From Solirubrobacteraceae bacterium (lineage in GTDB: Bacteria; Actinomycetota; Thermoleophilia; Solirubrobacterales; Solirubrobacteraceae): a stretch of DNA of 64,000 nt. Each line of letters opens with the position of its first letter. Within the stretch, counting starts at the first letter, position 1. The stretch covers positions 1,002 through 65,001 of the forward strand of contig DASSZV010000021.1 of assembly GCA_035702765.1 (NCBI GenBank), in the 5' to 3' direction. Of the stretch, positions 1 through 8,857 are shown piece after piece. The notes under the pieces are model-generated. The model saw only the letters and a program-made list of their open reading frames with translations. It did no database searches and was not told the origin of the DNA. A program made the translations under genes and the position numbers.

Positions 1-1563
1 GACCATCTCGGGGAAGCTCCCGTAGACGGCTGCGACGAAGCCCTTGTTCTCGGATCCGGCCCCGCCGACGGCGACTCCCGGGCCGACCGCGTGGGCGGCG
101 GCAATCGCGCGATCCAGCGCGGCCGCCCCGGCCGGGGTCGCGTTGTCGGCATGGGTGAAGGCGTCGCTCACCGCCAGGGGCCCCCGTTGCCAGCCCGGGC
201 CGCCGGGGGCGACCGCGCCTTGCAGACCGGGTACGTGCGCCAGGGCGTGGGCCACGGCGTCGGCTCCGGCCGCGCCGCGGTGGCTGAGCACCTCGATCGG
301 CTGCAGGACACCCGCGCCGATGCCCGAGCGCTCGAGTTGGCGCAGACCGGTGTGTGCCGCGCCGCTGCCGGCCAGCGTGTCGACGTTGGAGGTCCCGGGA
401 TTCAGGGTGGTGGCGGCGACGAGCAGGGCCACCAGCAGCGCCACGGCGCCTGCGGCGATCGGCCAGCGGAAGCGGACCACGGCCCGGCCCCAGCCGAGCC
501 AGCACCGGCTGGCCTGCTCGTCGCTTCGTCGGTGCGGCCAGTCCAGACGCTGGCCGAAGCGCAGAAGGACCAGGGGGAGCAGGGTGACGGCCACGAGCAC
601 CGAGATGAGCGGGATGAGCATTCCGGCAAAGCCCATCGAGCGCAGGAACGGCAGGGGCAGCACGACGAGGGCGAGCAGGCCGATGGCCACCGTTGTGCCG
701 CTGAAAACAACGGCTCGGCCGGCCGTCATCATGGCCCGGATGATCGCCTCCTCGTCCCCGGCCCCGGCGGCGCGCTCCTCGCGCCAGCGCACGACGACGA
801 TGAGGGAGTAGTCGATGGCCACGCCGAGGCCGATGAGCCCGACGAGAAACTCAACGATGAAGGAGATGCTCAGGGCCTGCGAGACCCCGTAGAGGACGAG
901 AAAGGTGGTGAAGATCGATACCACCGCCATGAGGATCGGCACAAAGGCGAGCAGCGAGGCGAACACGAAGGCGAGCACCGCGAGGGCCCCGAGCCCGCCG
1001 AAGATGCTCTCCACGAACACGCCAGGGCCCCCGCCGCCCCCGGTTTGGCTCTGGAGCGCGTCGACCCCGGTGACCCGCACGGGAGCGCCCTCGATTCGCG
1101 CGCCGGCGAGTGCCGCGGTCGCCGTTCTGGGCGCCTGGGTGTTCTGGTTGAAGCTTTCGCCGGGGACCGGCCGCGGATAGTCGAGCACGAAGGTGGTGCG
1201 CTCGTCGGCGGAGACGAAGGCGCGGTTGCGGGTGCTTGCATAGGAAGCGATCCGGGACCCCGGCAGCGCCCGCGAGAGCTCGGCGCTCACTCGGGCCAGA
1301 CCCGCCCGAGCCGCGCTGCTACGGATCGAATGGCCCGCCGGGAGGGTGACCACCGCGAGCACGGGCGCGCTGGAGCCGCCGGCCCCGAAGTGGGCGAGGA
1401 TCCGCTGGTTGGTCTCATAGCCCTCGCGGCCGGGGGCCCCAAACGTCTTGGAGAAGGATTTGGTCGCCTGCCCGACGGTGGCGATGCCCGCAAGGGTGAG
1501 CACGAGCCAGGAAATCACGACGAGGCGGCGGTGCGCGAGGACCCAGCGCGTCAATCCGGTCAT
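1..1563 (-). CDS. MMPL/RND-family membrane transporter, 5' part (runs off window start)
   Basis: Manual translation from the ATG at 1563: MTGLTRWVLAHRRLVVISWLVL..., with hydrophobic helices and the MMPL-like motifs GVAIDYSLIVVRWREER and AGRAVVFSG. Absent from the ORF track because it is truncated. Confidence 0.85.
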   Translation of the reverse strand, partial: MTGLTRWVLAHRRLVVISWLVLTLAGIATVGQATKSFSKTFGAPGREGYETNQRILAHFGAGGSSAPVLAVVTLPAGHSIRSSAARAGLARVSAELSRALPGSRIASYASTRNRAFVSADERTTFVLDYPRPVPGESFNQNTQAPRTATAALAGARIEGAPVRVTGVDALQSQTGGGGGPGVFVESIFGGLGALAVLAFVFASLLAFVPILMAVVSIFTTFLVLYGVSQALSISFIVEFLVGLIGLGVAIDYSLIVVVRWREERAAGAGDEEAIIRAMMTAGRAVVFSGTTVAIGLLALVVLPLPFLRSMGFAGMLIPLISVLVAVTLLPLVLLRFGQRLDWPHRRSDEQASRCWLGWGRAVVRFRWPIAAGAVALLVALLVAATTLNPGTSNVDTLAGSGAAHTGLRQLERSGIGAGVLQPIEVLSHRGAAGADAVAHALAHVPGLQGAVAPGGPGWQRGPLAVSDAFTHADNATPAGAAALDRAIAAAHAVGPGVAVGGAGSENKGFVAAVYGSFPEMV

Positions 1564-1641
1564 GCGTCATCACGATGGCAGAGCGTTCCGCGCGGCCAGG
1601 GTCCTGTGACGGGGGCCACGCGGCGGCCGCCGGGCGCTTCA

Positions 1642-1728
1642 CGGAGGGGGCGGGATTCGAACCCGCGATGGGCGCGAACCCATGCCGGTTTTCAAGACCG
1701 GTGCATTCAACCGCTCTGCCACCCCTCC
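1642..1728 (-). tRNA. tRNA-Ser(TGA)
   Basis: Reverse complement GGAGGGGTGGCAGAGCGG...CTTGAAA...GGTTCGAATCCCGCCCCCTCCG has a TGA anticodon, long variable arm and T-loop. Confidence 0.95.
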
Positions 1729-1819
1729 GGGGGAACGGCGGAGGCGCTCATGGTAGTCATCGTGAGATCAGGTCGTCGCCGCTGCCCTCCGGGTGGGCAT
1801 CCACCTGTCGCGCCGCTGC

Positions 1820-1844
1820 GTACAGAAACGTAGGCTTTCTGTAC
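1820..1844. promoter_or_regulatory. Palindromic operator-like site overlapping a -10 hexamer upstream of the peroxidase
   Basis: GTACAGAAA-N7-TTTCTGTAC is a perfect inverted repeat, with TAGGCT at 1831-1836 inside it. Confidence 0.6.
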
Positions 1845-1871
1845 TCCCCCCGACAAAGGACACCGATCCCC

Positions 1872-2411
1872 GTGAGTTCGCTGCTCTCCACCGCCCGGAT
1901 GTACCTCAAGCGCGCGCCCAAGCAGGCCTCGGCGACCGATCTCTACGACCACACCGTGACCCTGCTGGACGGGTCCGAGCTCGATCTCAACACGCTGCGC
2001 GGCCACCCGACGCTGATCGTCAACACCGCGTCGAAGTGCGGCTTCACCCCGCAGTACAAGGGCCTGCAGCAGCTCTATGAGACCTACCGGGACCAGGGCC
2101 TGCAGATCCTCGGCTCCCCGTCCGGAGATTTCGCCGACCAGGAGTACGACACCGCCGAGGAGGTCGGGGCCTTCTGCGAGAAGAACTACGGCGTCACCTT
2201 CCCGCTCACCCAGCCCACAAGCGTCCGGGCCGACCCCGACCCGCTCTGGCGCGACCTCACCACCCAGCCGAACTCCGCCCCGCCGAACTGGAACTTCGCC
2301 AAGTACCTCGTCGACAAAGACGGCAAGCTGATCAAGCGCTTCGGCACGACGACCAAGCCGGAGGATCCCGAGGTCGTCGAGGCGATCAAGGCCGCGCTCG
2401 CGCAGAGCTGA
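1872..2411 (+). CDS. Glutathione peroxidase-family protein (Cys type, probably thioredoxin dependent)
   Basis: Motifs NTASKCGFTPQY, FCEKNYGVTFP and WNFAKYL. GTG start after AAAGGA. Confidence 0.92.
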   Translation: MSSLLSTARMYLKRAPKQASATDLYDHTVTLLDGSELDLNTLRGHPTLIVNTASKCGFTPQYKGLQQLYETYRDQGLQILGSPSGDFADQEYDTAEEVGAFCEKNYGVTFPLTQPTSVRADPDPLWRDLTTQPNSAPPNWNFAKYLVDKDGKLIKRFGTTTKPEDPEVVEAIKAALAQS

Positions 2412-2463
2412 GCGGTTCGGGCCGCGGCCCAAGCCTGCTGAGCCTTAGCCCCCGACAGAATTC

Positions 2464-2510
2464 GACCACGCCGGCCGCCGCCCTCACGGGGCGGCGATAC
2501 CGGCGCGGTC
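2464..2510. terminator. Long GC hairpin between the convergent peroxidase and tRNA-Ser
   Basis: On the minus strand GACCGCGCCGG pairs with CCGGCGTGGTC, enclosing a CGCCGCCC/GGGCGGCG stem with a GTGA loop. Confidence 0.5.
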
Positions 2511-2516
2511 AGCAGG

Positions 2517-2606
2517 CGGAGAGGAGGAGATTCGAACTCCCGATGGAGCTATAAACCCCATACTCGCTTAGCAGGCGAGCGCCTTCAGCCACTCGGCCAC
2601 CTCTCC
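2517..2606 (-). tRNA. tRNA-Ser(GCT)
   Basis: Reverse complement GGAGAGGTGGCCGAGTGG...CTGCTAA...GTTCGAATCTCCTCCTCTCCG has a GCT anticodon and long variable arm. Confidence 0.95.
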
Positions 2607-2654
2607 AGATGTGAACGTCCTCCGCCCCGGCGGAGCCGGACGGAGCGGTCGAGT

Positions 2655-3305
2655 TTAGTGACGCCGGCCCGGCGCGGTCCCGAAGACGTGATCCCAGAAC
2701 GGGGCGGAGACCCCGTAGCCAGCGTCATGGTCCTGGAAATGGTGGCGCATATGCAGTTCGCGCAGGCGCTTGCCGAGCCAGGTCGTTGCCCGATGATGGT
2801 GCATGTGGTAATGCAGCATGTCGTAGGCGAGGTATCCGGCGAGGAACGTGGAGCCGAAGATCCAGAAGGCCGGGGCGCCGAGGACGAGGTAGAAGACGAA
2901 GCTGAACACCGCCGCCAACGGCACCGAGACCGACGGGGGCATAACCAGTCGCATGGGGTCGTTCGGGTGGTCGTGGTGGACCCCGTGGATGACCCAGTGC
3001 AGGTCGCGGCCGAGGCCCTGGTCAGGTTCGAAGTGGAAGACGATCCGGTGCAGCCAGTACTCGGTGAGCGTCCAGAAGAGGTAGCCGCCGAGCGCCCAGA
3101 CGACGGTCATCGCACCACTCCCGTTGGCCAGCCCGATGACGAACATGGCGATGATGGCCGGGCCAAAGAGCACCGGCGGCACGGCGGGGTGGACGCGTGA
3201 GAGCTTGTCCAGCCAGGGCCAGCGGAACATCCGCGGCGAGGCGCGCAGCACCTCGGTACGGCTCAGGCCCTGCAGTTCCTCGGTGTGGTCGGCGAGCAGT
3301 GACAC
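2655..3305 (-). CDS. Fatty acid hydroxylase / sterol desaturase family protein
   Basis: His boxes EYWLHRIVFH, HGVHHDHP, HYHMHHH and HMRHH plus TM helices. Start refined to the GTG at 3305. Confidence 0.9.
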   Translation of the reverse strand: MSLLADHTEELQGLSRTEVLRASPRMFRWPWLDKLSRVHPAVPPVLFGPAIIAMFVIGLANGSGAMTVVWALGGYLFWTLTEYWLHRIVFHFEPDQGLGRDLHWVIHGVHHDHPNDPMRLVMPPSVSVPLAAVFSFVFYLVLGAPAFWIFGSTFLAGYLAYDMLHYHMHHHRATTWLGKRLRELHMRHHFQDHDAGYGVSAPFWDHVFGTAPGRRH

Positions 3306-3342
3306 ACCGCAGAGAATATCGGGCTGCTCGGGGGCTGACCGC

Positions 3343-4551
3343 TCAGGCGGAACGGCCGCGGGCGATCCGGCGTCGTTCGGCGGCGAGGAGGCGGTCGGCC
3401 TTGAGACCCAGGGACAGCCGCTCGCGGCCATCGGAGTCATACGGGGAGAGACCGGCGACCTCCTGGACACGGGCGAGCCGGTAGCCGACCGTGTGACGGT
3501 GCAGCGACATGGCTTCGGCGGTCTCGGTCGTCGAGCCGTGGTGGGCGAGGAAGGCCGCAAGGGTGGCCACCAGATCCGTGTCGTGGAGGCTGTCGTAGCG
3601 CTGGAGCTCCCCGACGCTGCCCGCCCGCAGGCGGGCCAGCTCGAGGGGGGCCCGCAGCAGCACGCCGACAAGGAGGCGGTAGGTCTCCTCCTCGGCCTCG
3701 GCGCCCGGCCGCGGGACGCTGCTGAGGCCCAGCTCGGCGAGTACGGCCGCCTCCAGGACGGCGTCCTGGACGCCGTCGGCTCCGGCACGGGGGGTGGACC
3801 GCGCGGCGATCGCCCCGGACTCGCGCAGGCGGGCGACGACTTCATCGGCGAGCGGCTCGGCTCCCTCGAGGTCGAGCGGGATGAGGCCGAGCAGCCGCCC
3901 GGCGCCAGCAGGGGCGAGCAGGGGGCCCCTGGGCAGGGTCTCGAGCATCGCCTCGACGGGGGTGTCGGCCAGGGCGCACAGGCCGATCGCGCCGTAGGTG
4001 AGGTCGAGGCCGAGGCGCCGTCCTCCCTGGAGCACGGCAGCGACCTCGAGCGGTCGCTGGAGTTCGAGCAGCTCGAGGAAGCCGCGAGGCGCGTCGGAGC
4101 GGCGGTCCTCGTGCATGAGGATGCTCACGGCGACCGCCGTCGCGGCGGCCTCGAGCCAGGCCTGGAGGGGACGGTCGGCCGGGCCGGGGCCGAGCGCGGT
4201 GACGACACCGACGACCTCGCTGGCGATGGTCACCGCGACGAGTCCAGAGACGCCGTCGGGGCGCGGGATCTCCGCGCCGTCGGCGAGGCGGCCGGCGAGG
4301 CTACCCAGCGACTCGATCCGGCTGGGGTGGGCGGCCGACTCGGGCCAGAACACCGGCTCGCCCCGGGAGGGGACGACCACGGCGACTCCGTGGCCGGAGC
4401 CCTCGGCGGTCTGACGGGCCAGGGCGGTGAGGTCATGCCCGGCCACCGCCGCCTGGACGAGGGCCAGCGGGTCGGTGGGGGGAGCGACGTTCGCCGCTCC
4501 CCCCAGACCGGGACCGGGGGCGCCTGACTCAGCGGCTCGGGCGCGCGCCAC
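3343..4551 (-). CDS. PucR/CdaR-family transcriptional regulator
   Basis: C-terminal YD...DLVATLAAFL...TAEAMSLHRHTVGYRL HTH, preceded by a degenerate GGDEF-like region. Confidence 0.88.
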   Translation of the reverse strand: MARARAAESGAPGPGLGGAANVAPPTDPLALVQAAVAGHDLTALARQTAEGSGHGVAVVVPSRGEPVFWPESAAHPSRIESLGSLAGRLADGAEIPRPDGVSGLVAVTIASEVVGVVTALGPGPADRPLQAWLEAAATAVAVSILMHEDRRSDAPRGFLELLELQRPLEVAAVLQGGRRLGLDLTYGAIGLCALADTPVEAMLETLPRGPLLAPAGAGRLLGLIPLDLEGAEPLADEVVARLRESGAIAARSTPRAGADGVQDAVLEAAVLAELGLSSVPRPGAEAEEETYRLLVGVLLRAPLELARLRAGSVGELQRYDSLHDTDLVATLAAFLAHHGSTTETAEAMSLHRHTVGYRLARVQEVAGLSPYDSDGRERLSLGLKADRLLAAERRRIARGRSA

Positions 4552-4596
4552 GCCGCTGAGAGGACCGGTGAGGGTGGACCAGGACGCCCGGTGGGA

Positions 4597-5997
4597 TCAT
4601 GCCTTGGCCGGCTCCGCGGCGATCGTGCCCGGGTAGCCGAGGGAGGGCACGTCGGAGGGGTAGACCTCGTGACCGTGCTCGGCGACGTCACCGATCTCCA
4701 TGTTCTCCTGGGACATCCGCAGCGGGATGACCAGGTTGACGAGCTTGGCGATCACGAAGGTCGCCACCCCGGACCAGGCGATCACCCACAGGCCGGCGAT
4801 CAGCTGCCACAGCAACAGGTGCCCGGAGCCGTGGATGAGGCCCGGCGCGGAGCCGTGGGCGGTGTAGATCGTCTTCTTGCCGACCTTGTGGACCACGTAG
4901 TTCACCGCCATGTTCGGATCGGCGAAGATGCCGGTGAGCAGACCCCCGGCGAAGCCGGCGATGCCGTGGGTGTAGATCACCCCGAGTGTGTCGTCGACGT
5001 TCCGGAACGGTCGTACCCGGCTGAGGTAGTTCAGGGCGAAGTAGACGAGCGTCGAGGCGATGACCCCGAGCGCGATCGCCCCCCAGCCGTTCACGTAGCC
5101 GGCGGCCGGGGTGATGGCCACCAGCCCCGTGATCATGCCGTTGATCGCGCCGAGCAGGCTCGGCTTGCGGCCGGTGAGGTAGTCCCAGCCGACCCAGATC
5201 ATCAGGGCGACGGCGGTGCAGACGTTCGTGTTGAGGACCGCGGCGGCGGCGGAGGCGTTGGCGGTGTACGGGTCACCGCCGTTGAAGCCGTTCCAGCCCA
5301 TCCACAGCAGGCCGGCGCCGACCGCGACCATCGCGACGTTGTTCGGGGCGTCGATCTCACGGTCACGCTCGAGCCGGGGCCCGATGACCGCCGCGAGGAT
5401 GAAGCCCGAAACACCGGCGGACAGGTGGATGACGTAGCCACCGGAGAAGTCCAGGGCACCCTTCTGGGCGAAGAAGCCGCCGCCCCAGATGAGGAACGCG
5501 TCGACCGTGTAGACGATCGAACACCACAGGGCGGTGAAGGGGATCCACGCCTTGAAGGAGATCCGGCCCAGCACCGAGCCGAGCATCAGCAGCGGGGTGA
5601 TGGCGGCGAAGACGAGCTGGAAGTAGACCAGCGCAGAACTGGGGAATCCGGTGGCTGCGAAGGCGTTGGTCGGGATGATGCCCTGGTTCTGCTCCTTCCC
5701 CGGGCTGAGCACCGGGCCCGGTGTTCCGATGAAGTTGTGGAAGAAGCCGGTGCCGTTGCCCGTCCAGGAGTGGCCGAAGCCCATGTTGTAGGCGTAGAGC
5801 ACCCACACGATCACCACGGTCGAGAAGCCGGCGAAGGTGAGCATCATCGAGTTGATCGACCAGCGCTTCTGCATGACACCGCCATACAGGACGGCCAGTC
5901 CCGGAATGCTCATCAGTCCGACGAGCGTCGCGGCGGTGATCTGCCAGGCGGTATCCCCGCCGTTCAGCCACGTCCCCGCGTAGTTACTAATGGTCAT
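4597..5997 (-). CDS. amt: Ammonium transporter
   Basis: Motifs GDTAW, FQLVFAAIT, DFSGG..IH, LLWMGWNGFNGG, DDTL and THG. ATG at 5997 after AAGGAG. Confidence 0.95.
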   Translation of the reverse strand: MTISNYAGTWLNGGDTAWQITAATLVGLMSIPGLAVLYGGVMQKRWSINSMMLTFAGFSTVVIVWVLYAYNMGFGHSWTGNGTGFFHNFIGTPGPVLSPGKEQNQGIIPTNAFAATGFPSSALVYFQLVFAAITPLLMLGSVLGRISFKAWIPFTALWCSIVYTVDAFLIWGGGFFAQKGALDFSGGYVIHLSAGVSGFILAAVIGPRLERDREIDAPNNVAMVAVGAGLLWMGWNGFNGGDPYTANASAAAAVLNTNVCTAVALMIWVGWDYLTGRKPSLLGAINGMITGLVAITPAAGYVNGWGAIALGVIASTLVYFALNYLSRVRPFRNVDDTLGVIYTHGIAGFAGGLLTGIFADPNMAVNYVVHKVGKKTIYTAHGSAPGLIHGSGHLLLWQLIAGLWVIAWSGVATFVIAKLVNLVIPLRMSQENMEIGDVAEHGHEVYPSDVPSLGYPGTIAAEPAKA

Positions 5998-6064
5998 GGA
6001 TCTCCTTGCCCTCCCGGTCGGAGGGGGTGGGTTGACGTTGCGCGCGCTGCGCGTCAGAACCCCC

Positions 6065-6163
6065 ACATAGGGGCACGTCCAGAGGTTCCCCGAGTGCCCG
6101 CACGTGGGCCATATACGCCCGTCCAAGGAAGGGAGAGGGCGCTTCGACATACGGCCATGTCCA
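6065..6163 (-). promoter_or_regulatory. Three direct-repeat boxes TGGAC-N7-TATG upstream of amt
   Basis: Copies at 6065-6081, 6109-6125 and 6147-6163; the first and third match at 14 of 17 positions. Confidence 0.5.
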
Positions 6164-6214
6164 CATGGACAGCGCACTTTGGCCAACTGGCCTGAGGTTG
6201 GTAGCCGGGGTGGG

Positions 6215-6251
6215 CGGTCTGCCGGGGAACGGTCTGCCGGGGGGCGGTCTG
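6215..6251. repeat. 15-nt period direct repeat (CGGTCTGCCGGGG x2 plus a partial third copy)
   Basis: Copies start at 6215, 6230 and 6245. Confidence 0.6.
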
Positions 6252-6308
6252 TGGGACCGCCCATGGCGGGGGCGGTGCCTCGCCCGGCGGCGCGCGGCCG
6301 TCCGGGTC

Positions 6309-6638
6309 TCAGCCGACCGGGAAGCGGTGCGCCCGGCAGGCCTGGGCGATGATCAACACCCCGGCGGTTCCGTACTCGCGCTGGTTCTCGCGCACGCTCG
6401 CGCAGGTCTGGCGGGCCGCGGCCCCGCACTCGTCGAAGGTCTGGGCGCCGATGACCCCGGGCAGATAGGTGTCGATGCAGCCGGGACGGTTCGGGGTACC
6501 GGAGGTGAACAGGATCGCCGCCAGGGTCCCGGCGAGCACGAGCACGGCGGCAAGCCCCCAGCCTCGCTTGGCCCGCCGGCTCAGGGGGCGCTGCTCACGC
6601 AGGATCCGGGCGTGGTTCTGGGGCATTGCTCCCGGCAT
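6309..6638 (-). CDS. Small membrane-anchored hypothetical protein with 4 Cys
   Basis: 3' part of ORF 6309..7391: MPGAMPQNH...WGLAAVLVLAGTLAAILF followed by four Cys. Starts 5 nt after the Usp stop. Confidence 0.65.
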   Translation of the reverse strand: MPGAMPQNHARILREQRPLSRRAKRGWGLAAVLVLAGTLAAILFTSGTPNRPGCIDTYLPGVIGAQTFDECGAAARQTCASVRENQREYGTAGVLIIAQACRAHRFPVG

Positions 6639-6643
6639 GGCGA

Positions 6644-7312
6644 CTAGAGCGTAAGGGGTCGCTCGCGGGCGAGCACGAGCACCGAGCCGCGGGCGGTGCT
6701 CAGCGCTCCGCGGGCCGCGCCACTGAGGGCGACGCGGCCCGCGCCCACCCCGGGCCGTGAGCCCACGACGATGAGGTCGGCCCCGGCGGCCGCCTCGGTG
6801 CGGATGAGGCTCAGCCGGGCGCTCAGGGCCGCGACCGTCGCCTCGACGGCGGGGTCGTCGGCGGGGTTGGCGCCTGCCACGGTGACCAGGGGCTCCTCGG
6901 GCCGCAGGCGCAGGCCCGCCCGCGCGATGGCGATCGCCCGGGGGCTGCCCTCCAGCAGGCGCTGGGCGGTGTTGGGCGGCTCGGCCCGGCCGGGTGCGGT
7001 GCGGTAGTCCGAACCGAAGACGAGAACCCGGGCGTCCTGGGCGGCGGCGAGCTCCTGGAGGCCGTCGGCGGTCGCGGCGCTGTAGAGCACGTGGGCGGTC
7101 ACGGCCGCGTCGCCAATCAGGTCGATCCCCGCGCGCAGACGCCGTTCGGCGTCGTGGCGGGCGAGCTCCTCCCGCCGCGGGTCGATCTCCCGCGAGTGAC
7201 GGACGTAGGCGAGCGCCAGGCCGGCACCCTCGCGGCTCAGCGCGCGTCCGAGCACGAGCGCGTCGTCGTCGTTGGGCGTCCCGTCGTAGGAGACGATGAC
7301 GGCGCTGCTCAC
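6644..7312 (-). CDS. Universal stress protein
   Basis: N-terminal VIVSYDGT and two Usp-like units (VLVFGS; ADLIVVGSR...GSVLVL). Confidence 0.85.
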   Translation of the reverse strand: MSSAVIVSYDGTPNDDDALVLGRALSREGAGLALAYVRHSREIDPRREELARHDAERRLRAGIDLIGDAAVTAHVLYSAATADGLQELAAAQDARVLVFGSDYRTAPGRAEPPNTAQRLLEGSPRAIAIARAGLRLRPEEPLVTVAGANPADDPAVEATVAALSARLSLIRTEAAAGADLIVVGSRPGVGAGRVALSGAARGALSTARGSVLVLARERPLTL

Positions 7313-8055
7313 AGCCCCGTGTTGGACCAGTCGATGGCACGGAAGCGCGGCACGGGTCGACCCACGGCCAGACCGATCTCTTCATGCTCACGCAGGGGGA
7401 TGGTCCGAGGGCTGGCGGTCCAGCGCCGCCCGTTCACGAAGGCGCGGACAGGGCCCCGGGCTCCGGCCACCCGGTTCCGGGAGAGCGGCTGGCCCCAGAC
7501 GTCGAAGAACTCCCCGAGCGTGAAGCGCGCGGGCACCGGTGACTGGACGCGGATGACCCCGTTGGCCGCGCTGGTCGAAAGCCAGTAACTGCACAGGGTC
7601 TGGCTGTACGTCGTGGTCGTGTTGTCCGAGGCGACGGAGGGGTGCGGCTCGACCAACCCGATGCCGCCGGGCAGGGCGCGCCGGTGTCCGCGCACCGTCA
7701 CCTGGAGGTGGACGTAGGTGCGGTAGGCGAGCTGGTCGATCCGGTCGCACTCGATGTCGTCGACGCTGAGGCCGGTGAGCGTCGTGCTCACCGCACCCAG
7801 GGGCGGCCCGGTCTCCAGGGCGACGCCGTGGGGGCCGGGAGACGGGAGGTCGACGTGGGTCACCGTCTGGCTCACGGTGAGCCCGGCGGGCGTCGTGCCG
7901 ACGACGGTGATGGTCGCCGTGCTCACCGTCGTCGTGGTGCCGGTTCCGGTGAGGGCCGAGGCGGCAGTCGTCGTGTCCTGGCCTCCCGCGCAGGCACCGA
8001 TTGCCAGGCCTGCGCCCAGCAGAAGGGCGGCGCCGAGCGCCGCCCTGTGCTTCAC
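7309..8055 (-). CDS. Secreted lipoprotein of unknown function
   Basis: Signal peptide with lipobox-like IGAC, a Thr-rich linker and a C-terminal domain FTLGEFFDVWGQPL. Confidence 0.75.
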   Translation of the reverse strand: MKHRAALGAALLLGAGLAIGACAGGQDTTTAASALTGTGTTTTVSTATITVVGTTPAGLTVSQTVTHVDLPSPGPHGVALETGPPLGAVSTTLTGLSVDDIECDRIDQLAYRTYVHLQVTVRGHRRALPGGIGLVEPHPSVASDNTTTTYSQTLCSYWLSTSAANGVIRVQSPVPARFTLGEFFDVWGQPLSRNRVAGARGPVRAFVNGRRWTASPRTIPLREHEEIGLAVGRPVPRFRAIDWSNTGL

Positions 8056-8077
8056 CGCGGAGTGCAGTGTCGGCCGG

Positions 8078-8746
8078 CTAGCGCCGGTTGCCCCCGCCGA
8101 ACAGGCTCAGCATCACGATGAACACGTTGAAGATGTCCAGGAAGATGGAGGCTGCGATGAGCGGAGCGACCTGGTAGCTGGGATTCGCCTTCAGCCGCTG
8201 GAAGTCGAAGGCGGTGAAGACCGTGAACACCGCCAGCACGATCACGCTGTAGATGATGTTTGCGTGCGGGATCGCCACGAAGACGGCGACGAGCCCGAAC
8301 AGAAGCACGCCGAGAAGCCCGAAGAAGGCCATGCGGGCCGCCCCGCTGAGGTCCCGCCGGGTGGTGTACCCGTAGGCGCCGACCGCGCCGGTGAACAGGG
8401 CCGTGGAGCCGGCCGCCTGGTAGACGACACCTGGGTTGGAGTGGGCGTAGTAGACGACCAGAGGGGAGACGAACATCCCAGCGAACAGGCCGAGCCCGAA
8501 CAGCAGCGTTGTGGCCAGGTTCTCACGGCCTCGGGCGGCGGCGGCCTGCAGGCCGAAAATGCAGGCGATCTCCAGCAGGAAAAAGACGAACCCGCCGGTC
8601 TTCATGTCCCGGGCGAGGTAGGCACCCGCCGCGGCGAAACCGAGCGTGCAGGCGACGAGGCCCATCACGTGACCGAAGACGGAGCGGGCGCGGTCACCGG
8701 TGAGGGCGGCGCCTTGTCCGAAACCTAGTTGTTCATAGGTAGGCAT
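8078..8746 (-). CDS. Bax inhibitor-1/YccA family membrane protein
   Basis: About 7 TM helices, with motifs YGYTTRRDLS, AFDFQRL and IFLDIFNVF. Confidence 0.92.
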   Translation of the reverse strand: MPTYEQLGFGQGAALTGDRARSVFGHVMGLVACTLGFAAAGAYLARDMKTGGFVFFLLEIACIFGLQAAAARGRENLATTLLFGLGLFAGMFVSPLVVYYAHSNPGVVYQAAGSTALFTGAVGAYGYTTRRDLSGAARMAFFGLLGVLLFGLVAVFVAIPHANIIYSVIVLAVFTVFTAFDFQRLKANPSYQVAPLIAASIFLDIFNVFIVMLSLFGGGNRR

Positions 8747-8857
8747 CTGTGTCTGCGGCTCCTGAGAAGGATTGAATTGCCCTCAAGGTTAGTGGTTCGG
8801 TCGGGCGCTGAGCCGAAGAACTCCATCAGAGGGGGGCGCGCACGGCCCCCGGCCTCG

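Noticed and set aside
1872-2411. Possible selenocysteine peroxidase
   Set aside because: The active-site codon is TGC (Cys) and there is no in-frame TGA.
1642-2606. Peroxidase between two tRNA-Ser genes as an integrated islet
   Set aside because: No integrase, no duplicated tRNA 3' end and no compositional shift are visible.
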